From NCBI GenBank assembly GCA_963843845.1, contig CAWJMB010000003.1:1-64000 (forward strand): 64,000 nucleotides of DNA, given 5' to 3'. This DNA comes from an uncultured Gemmatimonadaceae bacterium (GTDB lineage: Bacteria; Gemmatimonadota; Gemmatimonadetes; Gemmatimonadales; Gemmatimonadaceae). Positions within the stretch are counted from its first letter, which is position 1. Each line of letters opens with the position of its first letter. Below the pieces are notes generated by a model. That model did no database searches and was not told the origin of the DNA. It saw only the letters and a list, made by a program, of their open reading frames with translations. Below, in pieces: positions 17,545 through 29,500 of this stretch. The translations under genes were made by a program, and so were the position numbers.

Positions 17545-18093
17545 ATGCCGCGCACCAGGACCAAGACCGCCCCTCCGACGGGCGCCCCGCAGGGCGACGT
17601 CGCGCAGCTCGCGACGATGACCGACCTCAGCAAGGACCACGTGCGCGCCGTGACCGACGCCGTCAACCCGCTCATCGCCGACGCGCTCGCGCTGTACGTG
17701 AAGCTCAAGAACTACCACTGGCACCTCAGCGGCCCGCGCTTCCGCGACTTCCACCTCATGTTCGACGAGTTCGCCGCCGCCGTGCTCGAGTCGGTCGACG
17801 TGATGGCGGAGCGCGTGCGCCGCGTCGGCGGGACGACGCTGCGGAGCATCGGCCACGTGAGCCAGCTGCAGACGATCGCCGACGACAACGACACGTTCGT
17901 CCCGGCCGACGAGATGATCCGCCGCCTCCTCACCGACGAGGAATCGATGGCGGAGCACATCCGCAAGGCGATCGAGACGTGCGAGGACGCCGAGGACGGT
18001 ACGACGGCGAACGAGCTCGAAGAGATTCTCGACGAGATCGAGCGGCAGAAGTGGTTCCTGTCGTCGATCGCGCAGGGCAGCGGCGAGGGCTGA
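17545..18093 (+). CDS. dps: Dps family DNA-protection ferritin
   Basis: LYVKLKNYHWHLSGPRFRDFHLMFDE...DVMAERVR...ERQKWFL. Confidence 0.95.
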   Translation: MPRTRTKTAPPTGAPQGDVAQLATMTDLSKDHVRAVTDAVNPLIADALALYVKLKNYHWHLSGPRFRDFHLMFDEFAAAVLESVDVMAERVRRVGGTTLRSIGHVSQLQTIADDNDTFVPADEMIRRLLTDEESMAEHIRKAIETCEDAEDGTTANELEEILDEIERQKWFLSSIAQGSGEG

Positions 18094-18118
18094 CCCCGCA
18101 CGGCAAGCTGCCGGAGGG

Positions 18119-21100
18119 CTATCGCGGCGGCCGCGGTGGCCCCGGCGGCTCCAGCGGCAGACGCACGGTGAACGTCGACCCCGCCCCCTCGGCGCTCACG
18201 ACGGTCAGGTCGCCGCTCATGCCGCGCGCGAGATCGCGGCTGATCGCGAGGCCGAGCCCCGTGCCTTCGGTGGGACGCGTGAGGTCGCGGTGCGCCTGCA
18301 CGAACGGGTCGAAGATCGCGCCGAGCTTCTCGGCCGGGATGCCGACGCCGGTGTCGGTGACGGAGAGCAGCACGGCACCGGCGTCGTCGCGCGCCGCGTC
18401 GACCGTGATCGCGCCGCCGGCCTCGGTGAACTTCGCCGCGTTCGACAGCAGGTTGAGCAGGATCTGGCGCAGCTTCTCCTCGTCCGCCCACACGACGAGC
18501 GCATCGTCCACACGCGACGCGTAGCGGAGGCCGCGCGCCTCGAGCTGCGCCTCGATGATCGGCAACGCCGACGCGACGAGCGCGGCGAGCGGCACGGCGC
18601 GCAGGTCGTACTCGACGCGCCCCGCCTCGACCTTCGCGAAGTTGAGGATGTCGTTGATGAGCGTGAGCAGGTGGCGCTGGCTGCGCTGGATGCGGCTCAG
18701 GTCCTCGCGCTGCGCCTCGGTCACCGGCCCGCGCACGCCCAGCTCGATCAGCTCCGCGTAGCCGCCGATCGCGTTGAGCGGGGTGCGCAGCTCGTGGCTC
18801 ATCGCGGCGAGGAAGTCACCTTTCGCGCGGTTCGCCGACTCGGCCTCGTCGCGGGCGCGGTCGGCGGCCTGCTGCGCGAGCACCTCGTCGGTGATCTCGT
18901 GCGCGACGACGATGATGCCGGCAACGGCCCCGCCCCCGCCCCCGCCCCCGGCGGCATCGTCGTCGACGAGCGGGTAGCACATGTAGTGGAAGTACGCCTG
19001 CGCGACGTCGCCGCGCCCCGTGCGGTCGAACGTGACCGGCATCCGCCGTCCGACGAACGGCACGCCCGTGCGGTAGACCTCGTCGAGCACCGCGATGACG
19101 CCCTGGGCTTCCACCTCGGGGAACGCCTCGGCGAACGCGCGGCCGACGAGGTCGCGGCGGCCGGCGAGCTGCTCGTACGAGGGGTTCGCGAGCTCGAACA
19201 CGTGCGACGCCCCGCGCATCACGCAGATCGCGACCGGCGCCTGCGCGAACACGTCGCGCATGAGATCGCGCGCCGACGTCAGCGCGCGCGTCGCCTCGGC
19301 GCGAGAGCGCGCGAGCGCGACGTGCGCCCCCACCCGCGCGACGAGCTCCTGCGCCGAGAACGGCTTCTCGAGGTAGTCGTCGGCGCCGGCCTCGAGCCCC
19401 TCGACCTTCGAGTCCTCTCCCGCACGCGCCGAGAGGAGCATGACGGGGATCGTGCGCGTCGCCGGGTCGGCGCGCAGTGCGCGGAGCAGGCCGAAGCCAT
19501 CGAGCCCCGGCATCATCACGTCGCTCAGCACGACGTCCGGCGCCTCCGCGCGCACCGCGTCGAGCGCCGCGTGCCCGTCGCTCACCGCCGTCACGCGCCA
19601 GCCGCGGGCGCGCAGCAGGCGGCCCGCGTAGTCGCGCATGTCGGCGTTGTCGTCGGCGACGAGGATGTGGGCGGACGAGCCGGGGATCGGGGGTCGGGGC
19701 TCGGTCGCGTCGACCGCCCCGATCCCCGACCCCCGCTCCCCGAGCCCCGGCTCGTCCCCGACCCACCGCATCGCTTCCGCCGTGAACGCCTGCGGCGCGA
19801 TCGACGGCCACTCGCCTGTCGCCGACGTCACGCGCTCGGCCGGCAGATGCGCGCGGCCGAAGGGGATGCGCACCGTGAACGTCGTGCCGACCCCCTCCGC
19901 GCTCTCGACGTCGATCGTGCCGCCGTGCAGCCGGACCAGCTCCTGCACGAACGCGAGGCCGATGCCGGTGCCTTCGTGCGTGCGGCTTCGCGCGTTCGGG
20001 ACGCGGTGAAAGCGCTCGAACAGGCGCGGCAGCTGCTCCGGCGGGATGCCGGTGCCGGTGTCCTGTACGAGCAGCTCCGCGTGTCGGCCGTCGGCGGACG
20101 GACGCACCGCGGCGCGGATGTCTCCCTCGAAGGTGTGCTTGAACGCGTTCGACAGCAGGTTCAGCACGATCTTCTCCCACATGTCGCGGTCGACGTAGAC
20201 CGGTTCCGTGTCGGACGGCAGCGGGGGCGTGTCGACGACGAAGCGCACGCCGCCGCGCTCGATCGCAGAGCGGAACGCGCTCGCGACTTCGGCGGTGAGC
20301 GCGGCGAGGTCGAGCGGCTCGTAGCGCGCGTCGACGCGGCCCGCCTCGATGCGTGAGAAGTCGAGCAGCGTGTTCACGAGCTTCAGCAGCCGCAGCGCGT
20401 TGCGGTGCACGACGGCGGCCCGCTCGCGGTTCACGGCGCTCGTGTCCGGATCGCTCACCGCGTCTTCGGCGGGGCCCAACATCAGCGTGAGCGGCGTGCG
20501 GAACTCGTGGCTCACGTTCGAGAAGAACTGTGTCTTCGCGCGGTCGAGCGCGGCCAGCGACTCGGCGCGGCGGCGCTCGGCCTCGTACGAGCGCACGTTC
20601 GCGAGACTGGCCGCGAGCTGCCCGGCGACGAGGTCGACGAAGCCGGCGTACGTGGCGTCGAACGGGCGATACGGATTCAGCGCGGCGACGAGGACGCCGG
20701 CGACGCGATCCTCCCCGCGCTGCGCGATCGGCACCAGCACCGCGCGGCGCGGCGCGACGTCCCACGCGCCGGTCGGCAGCGACGCGAAGCGCGTGTCCAG
20801 CGCGTCGACGACGATCGGCGCGCGCGCCGCGACCAGCTCCGCCGCCGGCCACGCCACCGTCAGATCGTTCGGTCCCTCGCCGAGCGGGAGCACGGCGGGC
20901 GCGGCGGCGTGGCCGGCGTCGATCCCCGTGCTCGCGGCGAGCCGCGCGCGGCGACACTCGTCGTCGCACAGGTAGAGCAGCGTGAACGGCAGGTCCTCGA
21001 GGTTCGCGCCGACGGCCCGCGTGACGCGGTCCAGCAACTCGGCCTCGGTCGTCGCCGTCGCGAGCGACGTGGCGAGCGCGCTCAGGGAGGCGAGGCGCCG

Positions 21101-21573
21101 CTCGCTGATGACGCGCTCGGTCTCTTCGGTGACCACGCAGAGCATCCCCGTGACGGCGCCGTCGTCGCCGGCGAGCGGGCTGTACGAGAACGTGTGGTAC
21201 GTCTCCTCCGGGTAGCCGCTCCGCTCGAGGAAGAGGCGCAGCGCCTCGTCCCACGTCGCCTCGCCGCTCTCCATCACCGTGCGGATGCGCGGCGCGAGGT
21301 CGGCCCAGATCTCGGCCCACACGACGCTCGCCGGCCTGCCCAACGCCCACGGATGCTTCGTCGCGAGCGTGTCGCGCGCGTAGGCGTCGTTGTACAGGAA
21401 CGTGAGCTCGGGACCCCACCCCATCCACATCGCGAAGCGTGACGTCGTGAGGATGCGCACCGGCGTGCGCAGGCTCGCCGGCCACTGCGCCATCGCCCCC
21501 AGCGGCGTCGTCTCCCACGGAAAGGACTCGATCCGGGCGCGCATCTCGTCGCGCCCCGCGCCGGACGCCTCCG

Positions 21574-21577
<4 letters not shown>
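18119..21577 (-). CDS. Hybrid histidine kinase (PAS-GAF-HK-REC-PAS-HK)
   Basis: Two HisKA boxes (SHEFRTPL, SHELRTPL), two GTGxGL boxes, receiver DVMMPGLDG; GTG overlaps the upstream stop. Confidence 0.93.
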
Positions 21578-23388
<1,811 letters not shown>

Positions 23389-23645
23389 GGGCGGCGGACG
23401 GGCTCCGAGCAAGGGCGGCGACGAGGGTGAACAATCGCCACCAACGATCCTCGTCGCCAGCGCCGCGCGGCCGAGACCGGCTCACTCCTCGATCCCGTGT
23501 GCGCTCCGCGGAGCACACGGCCACGGCACGGCGACCTCACGGCGACCACACGGCTCCCGCACCGCGGCGTGCACCACACCGGGCAGCGCTTCGCGCGCCG
23601 CCGTTAGCTTCTGTCGCATGACCACACGGCAGCGCGCGACGCCCC

Positions 23646-25100
23646 GTGCCGCCTGACGCGCTCGTCGTCGGCGCCGGACCGAACGGCCTGACCGCGGCGA
23701 TCGTCCTCGCGCGGGCCGGACTCGCCGTGCGGCTCGTCGAGGCGAACGCCGTCATCGGCGGCGGCACGCGCACGGCGGCACTCACCCTGCCCGGCTTCGC
23801 GCACGACCTCGCCTCCGCCGTGCACCCGCTCGGCGCGGGGTCACCGATCTTCGGCGCGCTGCCGCTGCACGAGCACGGGCTGCGGTGGCTGCATCCGGAC
23901 ATCGCGCTCGCGCACCCGTTCGACGACCGGCCGGCGGCGCTGCTCGCCCGCGACGTCGCGGAGACGGGGGCGTCGTTAGGCACCGACGCGGCCCGCTACG
24001 CGCGGCTCGTCGAGCCGTTCGCCGAGGCGTGGACGCGGCTCGTGCCGGACCTCCTCGCCCCGATGCTGCGCGCGCCGAGCCATCCGCTCCTGTTCGCGCG
24101 GTTCGGGCTGAACGCGGTGCAGCCGATGACGCTGCTCGCGCGGCTCCGCTTCCGCGAGCTCGCCGCACCCGCGCTGCTCGGCGGCGCCGCCGCGCACTGC
24201 GCCGTGCCGGGAACCCGGCTCGGCACGTCGGCGTTCGCGCTCACGCTCGCCGCGGCGGCGCACGCGGTCGGGTGGCCGGTCCCGGCGGGGGGCTCCCAGT
24301 CGATCGCGAACGCGTTAGGCAGCTACTTCCGGCGCCTCGGCGGCGAGATCGTGACCGACGCGCGCGTGACGTCGCTCGACGCGCTCTACGCGGAGCACGG
24401 CGCCGCGCGGATCGTGCTGCTGGACGTGACGCCGCGGCAGTTCGCGCGGATCGGCGGCGAGCGACTGACGGTGCGCGCGCGCCGCCGGCTCGAGCGCTTT
24501 CGCTACGGCCCGGGCGCGTTCAAGGTCGACTACGCGCTGAACGGCCCGGTGCCATGGCGCGACCCGTCGTGCGCGCGCGCCGGCACCGTGCACCTCGGCG
24601 GCCCCCTCGGCGCGATCGTCGCGGCAGAGGCGGAAACGTGGCGCGGTGGGGTTCCCGACCGCCCCTACGTGCTCGTCGCGCAGCCGAGCCGCGTCGACCC
24701 GTCGCGGGCGCCGGCCGCGCACGAGGCCCTCTGGGCATACTGCCACGTGCCGAACGGCTCGACGGTCGACATGCTCCCCCGCGTCGAGGCGCAGATCGAG
24801 CGCTTCGCACCAGGGTTCCGCGAGCGCGTGCTCGCGCGCCACGTGGCCGGGCCGGCCGAGCTGGAAGCGGGAAACGCGAACCTCGTCGGCGGCGACATCA
24901 GCGGCGGCGCCAACGACCTCTGGCAGCTCGTGGCGCGCCCGCGGCTCGCGCCGAACCCGTACGGAACGCCGCTGCGGGGGGTGTATCTGTGCTCGGCCTC
25001 GACCCCGCCGGGAGGCGGGGTGCACGGGATGGCCGGGTACCGCGCGGCCGCGTCGGCGCTGCGGCGCGAGCTCGGGCTCGAGGCGCTTCGGCTGACCTGA
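23646..25100 (+). CDS. Phytoene dehydrogenase-like FAD oxidoreductase
   Basis: VVGAGPNGL, NANLVGGDISGG, YLCSASTPPGGGVHGMAG. Confidence 0.92.
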   Translation: MPPDALVVGAGPNGLTAAIVLARAGLAVRLVEANAVIGGGTRTAALTLPGFAHDLASAVHPLGAGSPIFGALPLHEHGLRWLHPDIALAHPFDDRPAALLARDVAETGASLGTDAARYARLVEPFAEAWTRLVPDLLAPMLRAPSHPLLFARFGLNAVQPMTLLARLRFRELAAPALLGGAAAHCAVPGTRLGTSAFALTLAAAAHAVGWPVPAGGSQSIANALGSYFRRLGGEIVTDARVTSLDALYAEHGAARIVLLDVTPRQFARIGGERLTVRARRRLERFRYGPGAFKVDYALNGPVPWRDPSCARAGTVHLGGPLGAIVAAEAETWRGGVPDRPYVLVAQPSRVDPSRAPAAHEALWAYCHVPNGSTVDMLPRVEAQIERFAPGFRERVLARHVAGPAELEAGNANLVGGDISGGANDLWQLVARPRLAPNPYGTPLRGVYLCSASTPPGGGVHGMAGYRAAASALRRELGLEALRLT

Positions 25101-25180
25101 CAGACGGAACCGACGGGACGGAAGCCGTGCCTGACGGGGTCTCGCGCCTGTTCCGTGTTCCGTCTGTCAGATCATCCGGC

Positions 25181-26299
25181 TCACATCCCGAACGCCGACT
25201 TGAGGCGGCTGCCCGCGTACGCCTGGGCCTCCTTCGCCTCGTTGACGACCTTCGCCATCCCGAAGAACTCGTGCGTGACGCCGTCGTAGTGTCTCCGCTC
25301 GACCTCGACGTTCGCCTTCTTCAGCGCCTCCTCGAGCATCGCGCCGTCGTCGCGCAGCGGGTCGATCTCGGCGTTGATGATCGTGACCGGCGGAAGTCCG
25401 GCGAGGTTCGCCGTGACGAGCGAGAGGCGCGGGTCCTTCGCCTGCGACGGGTCGCTCAGCGTGTGCTTCAGGAACCAGCCCATCATCGGCCGGCTGAGCG
25501 GCTTCGCGGCGGCGTACGTGGTGTAGGACGCGGTCGTCGTGTCGCTCTGCGCCACCGGGTAGACGGAGATGACGGCCACGGGCTTCTGCACGTTGCCGTC
25601 GCGCGCGGCGATCGCCGTCGCCACGGCGAGGTTGCCCCCCGCGCTCTCCCCCGCGAGCGCGACCCGCTTCGGGTCGCCATTGATCGACGCGGCGTTCGCG
25701 ACCGCCCACTTGTACGCGGCGAACGCGTCGTCGTGCGCGGCGGGGAACTTGTGCTCCGGCGCGAGACGATAGTCGATCGAGACGACGACGGCCCCCGCCG
25801 CAGCTGACAGTCCGCGCGCGCCGCCGTCGTAGACGTTCTTGTCGGCGATGACCCACCCGCCGCCGTGGTAGTAGACGACGACCGGGAACGGCCCGCTGCC
25901 GGTCGTCGGCGTGTAGACGCGCGCCGGGATCGGCCCGGCCGCGCCAGGAATCGTGCGGTCCGCGCTCCTCACCGGAAGCGACGTCGTGTCCTTCGTCGCC
26001 GCGACCGCGTTCGCCGCGTCCGCCGGCGTCGGCTGCTTCCGCGCCTCGGCCGGCGTCAACGTCTCGAGCGGGAGCGGGTTCATCGACGCGAGCTTGTCGA
26101 GCACCGCCTGCATCTCGCCATTCGCGGCCTGCGCGGTCGTCGCGCCCGCGGCCATCCCGTTGTTCGGCGTCGCCATCCCCGCCGAGTCGCGCATCGCCGT
26201 CGTGTCGGCGGCAGTGTCTCCCTTCGAGCACGCCGCGAGGGCGAGTACGCTCGTCGTGAGCAGCGCGAACGCCGTGCGCTGTCTGTGGTGTGTCAGCAT
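25181..26299 (-). CDS. HSL-family alpha/beta hydrolase (esterase), lipoprotein
   Basis: Lipobox LAAC; HGGG, GESAGG, DPL, HEF. Confidence 0.92.
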   Translation of the reverse strand: MLTHHRQRTAFALLTTSVLALAACSKGDTAADTTAMRDSAGMATPNNGMAAGATTAQAANGEMQAVLDKLASMNPLPLETLTPAEARKQPTPADAANAVAATKDTTSLPVRSADRTIPGAAGPIPARVYTPTTGSGPFPVVVYYHGGGWVIADKNVYDGGARGLSAAAGAVVVSIDYRLAPEHKFPAAHDDAFAAYKWAVANAASINGDPKRVALAGESAGGNLAVATAIAARDGNVQKPVAVISVYPVAQSDTTTASYTTYAAAKPLSRPMMGWFLKHTLSDPSQAKDPRLSLVTANLAGLPPVTIINAEIDPLRDDGAMLEEALKKANVEVERRHYDGVTHEFFGMAKVVNEAKEAQAYAGSRLKSAFGM

Positions 26300-26334
26300 C
26301 GAGAGCTCCTGAGTGATGTACATGCTGGAAACAG

Positions 26335-26366
26335 CACAGGTGGCGTGCCGGAGCACGCCACCTGTG
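26335..26366 (-). terminator. Perfect 14-bp hairpin downstream of the ferritin-like genes
   Basis: CACAGGTGGCGTGC-cgga-GCACGCCACCTGTG. Confidence 0.65.
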
Positions 26367-26401
26367 TCGACTGCGGCTGCGGGACTACTGAATCGACGGG
26401 A

Positions 26402-27346
26402 CTACTGAATCGTCGGAATGAAGAACCCCTGCACGATCGTGACGATCTGTGCGCGCGTCAGCGGCTCGTCGAACGCCTCACTGGTCGCGTTCGTGTCGAT
26501 CCCGGTCGGGATGTTCGGAAGCGTCGTGAGATTCACGCCGCCCTGCGTCAGCACCGCGTCGTTCGCGTAGATCAGGTCGAGCGCCGCGACCGCGCCCGCC
26601 GGCGGGTTGCTGATGTTGCCGGCGCCTGCCGCGGCCGAGCCCGTGCCGCTGACCGTGCCGCTGAACTTCACGGACGTCGCGCCGGTCTGACGGCGGAGGC
26701 GGCGGATCTTCGCCGCGTGACGCGCCTCGACCGAGTGAATGCGCAGCGCGGCCTCGAGCGCGACGCTGTTGCTCTGCAGGTTGGGCGCCTGCCCCTTGTA
26801 CGCGCGGACGCCGGTGTCTTCGACACCCTGCGCAGCGAGGAGCAGGAACGCGACCTCGGAGCCGGCCCGAGCGAACGGGCCATTCCCGGCGCCACGCGCC
26901 CCGGTGAAGTCGAAGCTCGCCGGCGTGAGGCCGAACACGTTCGTCGCGCCCTGTGACTGCAGGAAGAGCACGTGCGAGTTCTCGTGCTGCTGGATCTTCT
27001 GCACCGACGTCACGGCCGCGGCCGGGATCTGCGGGCGCACGGCGGCGAAGACCGCGTTCTGCGCCGACGACGTGCTCGTGCCGAGCACGGCCTTGTACAG
27101 CTCGTTCTCGAAGATCTCGAGGGCGAGCGCGAAGTTCAGCACGTCCGTCACCGTCGACGTCTGCGCGCCAGCTTCCTTGCTGAGTGCGGCGAGCGCGAGC
27201 GGCACCGAGCCGGACGCGAGCGCCCAGGCGGTGGCGCTGCTGCACCACGCGCCCTTGCGGATCGCCTCGCGACGCGAGACGAGGTGTTGCTGCAGGTCCG
27301 GCTCGATCGTGTCGAGCAGCGGTACCGTGGTAGTGTCGTTAGCCAT
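26402..27346 (-). CDS. Ferritin-like domain protein
   Basis: DVLNFALALE, HENSHV, EDTGVRAYKG, IHSVEARHAA. Confidence 0.9.
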   Translation of the reverse strand: MANDTTTVPLLDTIEPDLQQHLVSRREAIRKGAWCSSATAWALASGSVPLALAALSKEAGAQTSTVTDVLNFALALEIFENELYKAVLGTSTSSAQNAVFAAVRPQIPAAAVTSVQKIQQHENSHVLFLQSQGATNVFGLTPASFDFTGARGAGNGPFARAGSEVAFLLLAAQGVEDTGVRAYKGQAPNLQSNSVALEAALRIHSVEARHAAKIRRLRRQTGATSVKFSGTVSGTGSAAAGAGNISNPPAGAVAALDLIYANDAVLTQGGVNLTTLPNIPTGIDTNATSEAFDEPLTRAQIVTIVQGFFIPTIQ

Positions 27347-27369
27347 TGTCGGAGTCTCCAGTCGCGGAA

Positions 27370-28188
27370 TCAGGGCGTCGGGCTCGGCGGGCCGAAATCC
27401 GGCGTGCCGCTTCTCGTGGTCGGAGGCGTCAGGTTGATCGTGTTCGACACGAGCCCCGTCGCGCTCACGCGGCCCAGGACGGCGCCGGGCTCGAGCTTGA
27501 CGTCGAGTCCCTGGAACGTGCCGCCCGGGGGCACCACGACGTCGTCGCCAGCGAAGCGCGTGTTCGCCGCGGCACCGGCCGTCACGCCGAGCGCGTCGCG
27601 GATGTCACGAATGGCCGCGGCATGCCGCGCCTCGACCGACACGATCTTCCCCGCGAGCGTCAGGAAGTCCGCGCTCGTGAGGTACTTGCCCGCGCCGTTG
27701 TACGCCGCGACGCCGAGGTCCTCGAACGCCTCCGCGTTGCGGAGAATCGTCGTCGTGTCGGTGAGCGTCGACGCGACCGCGTTCGTGTTCAGCGACAGCG
27801 AGCCGATCGCGTTCGAGCCCAACGCCGCCTTGAAGAACTCGCGGTGGATGACTTCGTGGTTGCGCAGGTCGGTGAACACCTCGCGCAGCTCCGCCGACAT
27901 CGAGCCGAACGGCGTCGACGTCAGCACCGCCGAGTAGAACGCGGCCTCGAGCTGCTCGAGCGCGTAGGCGTAGTTCAGGATGCCGAAGTCGTTCGTCAGG
28001 TTCAGCGCGACGGCCGAGCCGCCGCCGCCCGGATTCACGACGTCGTCGTCGTCGCTGCAGGCGGCGAACACCGACGGCAGCAGCACGACGGTGCCGCCGA
28101 GGCCCAGCAGTTTGAGGAATCTGCGGCGGTTGCTCGGCTCCCAGAGCTCCTCCGCGCGTCCCACGATCAGTTCCTTACTCTCGGACAT
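27370..28188 (-). CDS. Tat-exported ferritin-like lipoprotein
   Basis: NRRRFLK Tat motif, FAAC, ILNYAYALEQLEAAFY, EDLGVAAYNG, VSVEARHAA. Confidence 0.9.
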   Translation of the reverse strand: MSESKELIVGRAEELWEPSNRRRFLKLLGLGGTVVLLPSVFAACSDDDDVVNPGGGGSAVALNLTNDFGILNYAYALEQLEAAFYSAVLTSTPFGSMSAELREVFTDLRNHEVIHREFFKAALGSNAIGSLSLNTNAVASTLTDTTTILRNAEAFEDLGVAAYNGAGKYLTSADFLTLAGKIVSVEARHAAAIRDIRDALGVTAGAAANTRFAGDDVVVPPGGTFQGLDVKLEPGAVLGRVSATGLVSNTINLTPPTTRSGTPDFGPPSPTP

Positions 28189-28412
28189 GGTCCCTCCCCG
28201 GTATGGACCCTTCACGAGCGCCACATCCGGTCGGGTGCGGGCGCGCGGTGATGAGCGAGTGCCCCTATTGCAGGAGGCGGGCCGCGGCGATCCGATGTGG
28301 TCAGGATTTCGTGTCCAGGCACGAAGCGGCCGCATTCCTGCACACACCTCGCGTCACAGACGCCGCAAAGCAGTCGAAGTCGTTGCAGACCGCGCGTCGA
28401 GCCACGCTATAT

Positions 28413-29378
28413 ATGACCGTGCCCGATCCGAACGCCGACCTGCTCGACACCCTCCGCACCCGCATCCTGCGCGGCGTGCACGCCGGGACGCTCCACGAGG
28501 GTGATCGCCTGCCGAGCACGCGCGAGCTCGGCGCGGAGTTCGCGATCGACCACCGTGTCGTGCTCGCGGTCTACCGACAGCTCGCCGACGAGGGGCTCGT
28601 CTCGCTCCGTGCGCGCGGCGGCATCTACGTCGCGGCTCAGGCAGGAATGGGGCCCGGGGTGGTCGCGCCGCCCGAAACCTGGCTCGTCGACGTCCTCACC
28701 GAAGCCTTTCTGCGGGACATCTCCGGTCCCGACGTGCACGACTGGTTGCGTCGCGCGACCGAGACGCTGCGACTGCGCGCGGCCGTCATCACGGCGACGG
28801 CCGACCAGCACGACGGACTCTGCCGCGAGCTGACGACCGACTTCGGCATCGAGGCGGACGGCCTCGTCGTGGCCGACGTGCCGGGTGCCGGAGTGCTCCC
28901 GCTCGCGCTGCGGCGCGCCGATCTGCTCGTCACGACGACCGGCCTCGCCGACGTCGTCCACGCGCTCGGCAGGCGGGTGCGGCTGCCGGTGCTCGTGCTC
29001 GACGTGCGGGCCGATCTCGTCGCGGGCGAGTGGTCGCTGCTGCTGCGCCGCCCCGTCTACGTCGTCGTCGCGACGCCCGAGTTCGGCGCGATGGTGACGA
29101 GCTTCCTCGCGGACACGCCCGGAGCGGAGAACGTGCGCATCGTCGTCGCGAGCGGCGACGCGGGCGCCGACGGCCTCGCGGCCATCCCGCGCGGCGCGCC
29201 GACGTACGTCACACAGCGCGTGCGCAGCACGTTGGGCACCGACGGCATGGCGGCCATCCCGGGGCGCGTGCTGCCGTCGGTGCGCACGATCGCCGCGCAG
29301 TCGGCGCGCGATCTGTTCGCGTTCATCGTGCGCGCGAACCTCGAGGCGATGGGGCGGCGCGGCCGCAGAGGCGAGTGA
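28413..29378 (+). CDS. GntR-family transcriptional regulator
   Basis: GDRLPSTRELGAEF...VLAVYRQLADEGLV...GGIYV. Confidence 0.88.
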   Translation: MTVPDPNADLLDTLRTRILRGVHAGTLHEGDRLPSTRELGAEFAIDHRVVLAVYRQLADEGLVSLRARGGIYVAAQAGMGPGVVAPPETWLVDVLTEAFLRDISGPDVHDWLRRATETLRLRAAVITATADQHDGLCRELTTDFGIEADGLVVADVPGAGVLPLALRRADLLVTTTGLADVVHALGRRVRLPVLVLDVRADLVAGEWSLLLRRPVYVVVATPEFGAMVTSFLADTPGAENVRIVVASGDAGADGLAAIPRGAPTYVTQRVRSTLGTDGMAAIPGRVLPSVRTIAAQSARDLFAFIVRANLEAMGRRGRRGE

Positions 29379-29500
29379 GCCGTGTGTGAGCCGCGTGTGA
29401 GCGGCGCGCCTGCGGCAGGCGTGCCGCGTTAAACGAGCGGTGTGACGGCCGCGTCTGGAACACGACCGACCGATCGGCCGTCCCCCTCGCTGAACCAGCT

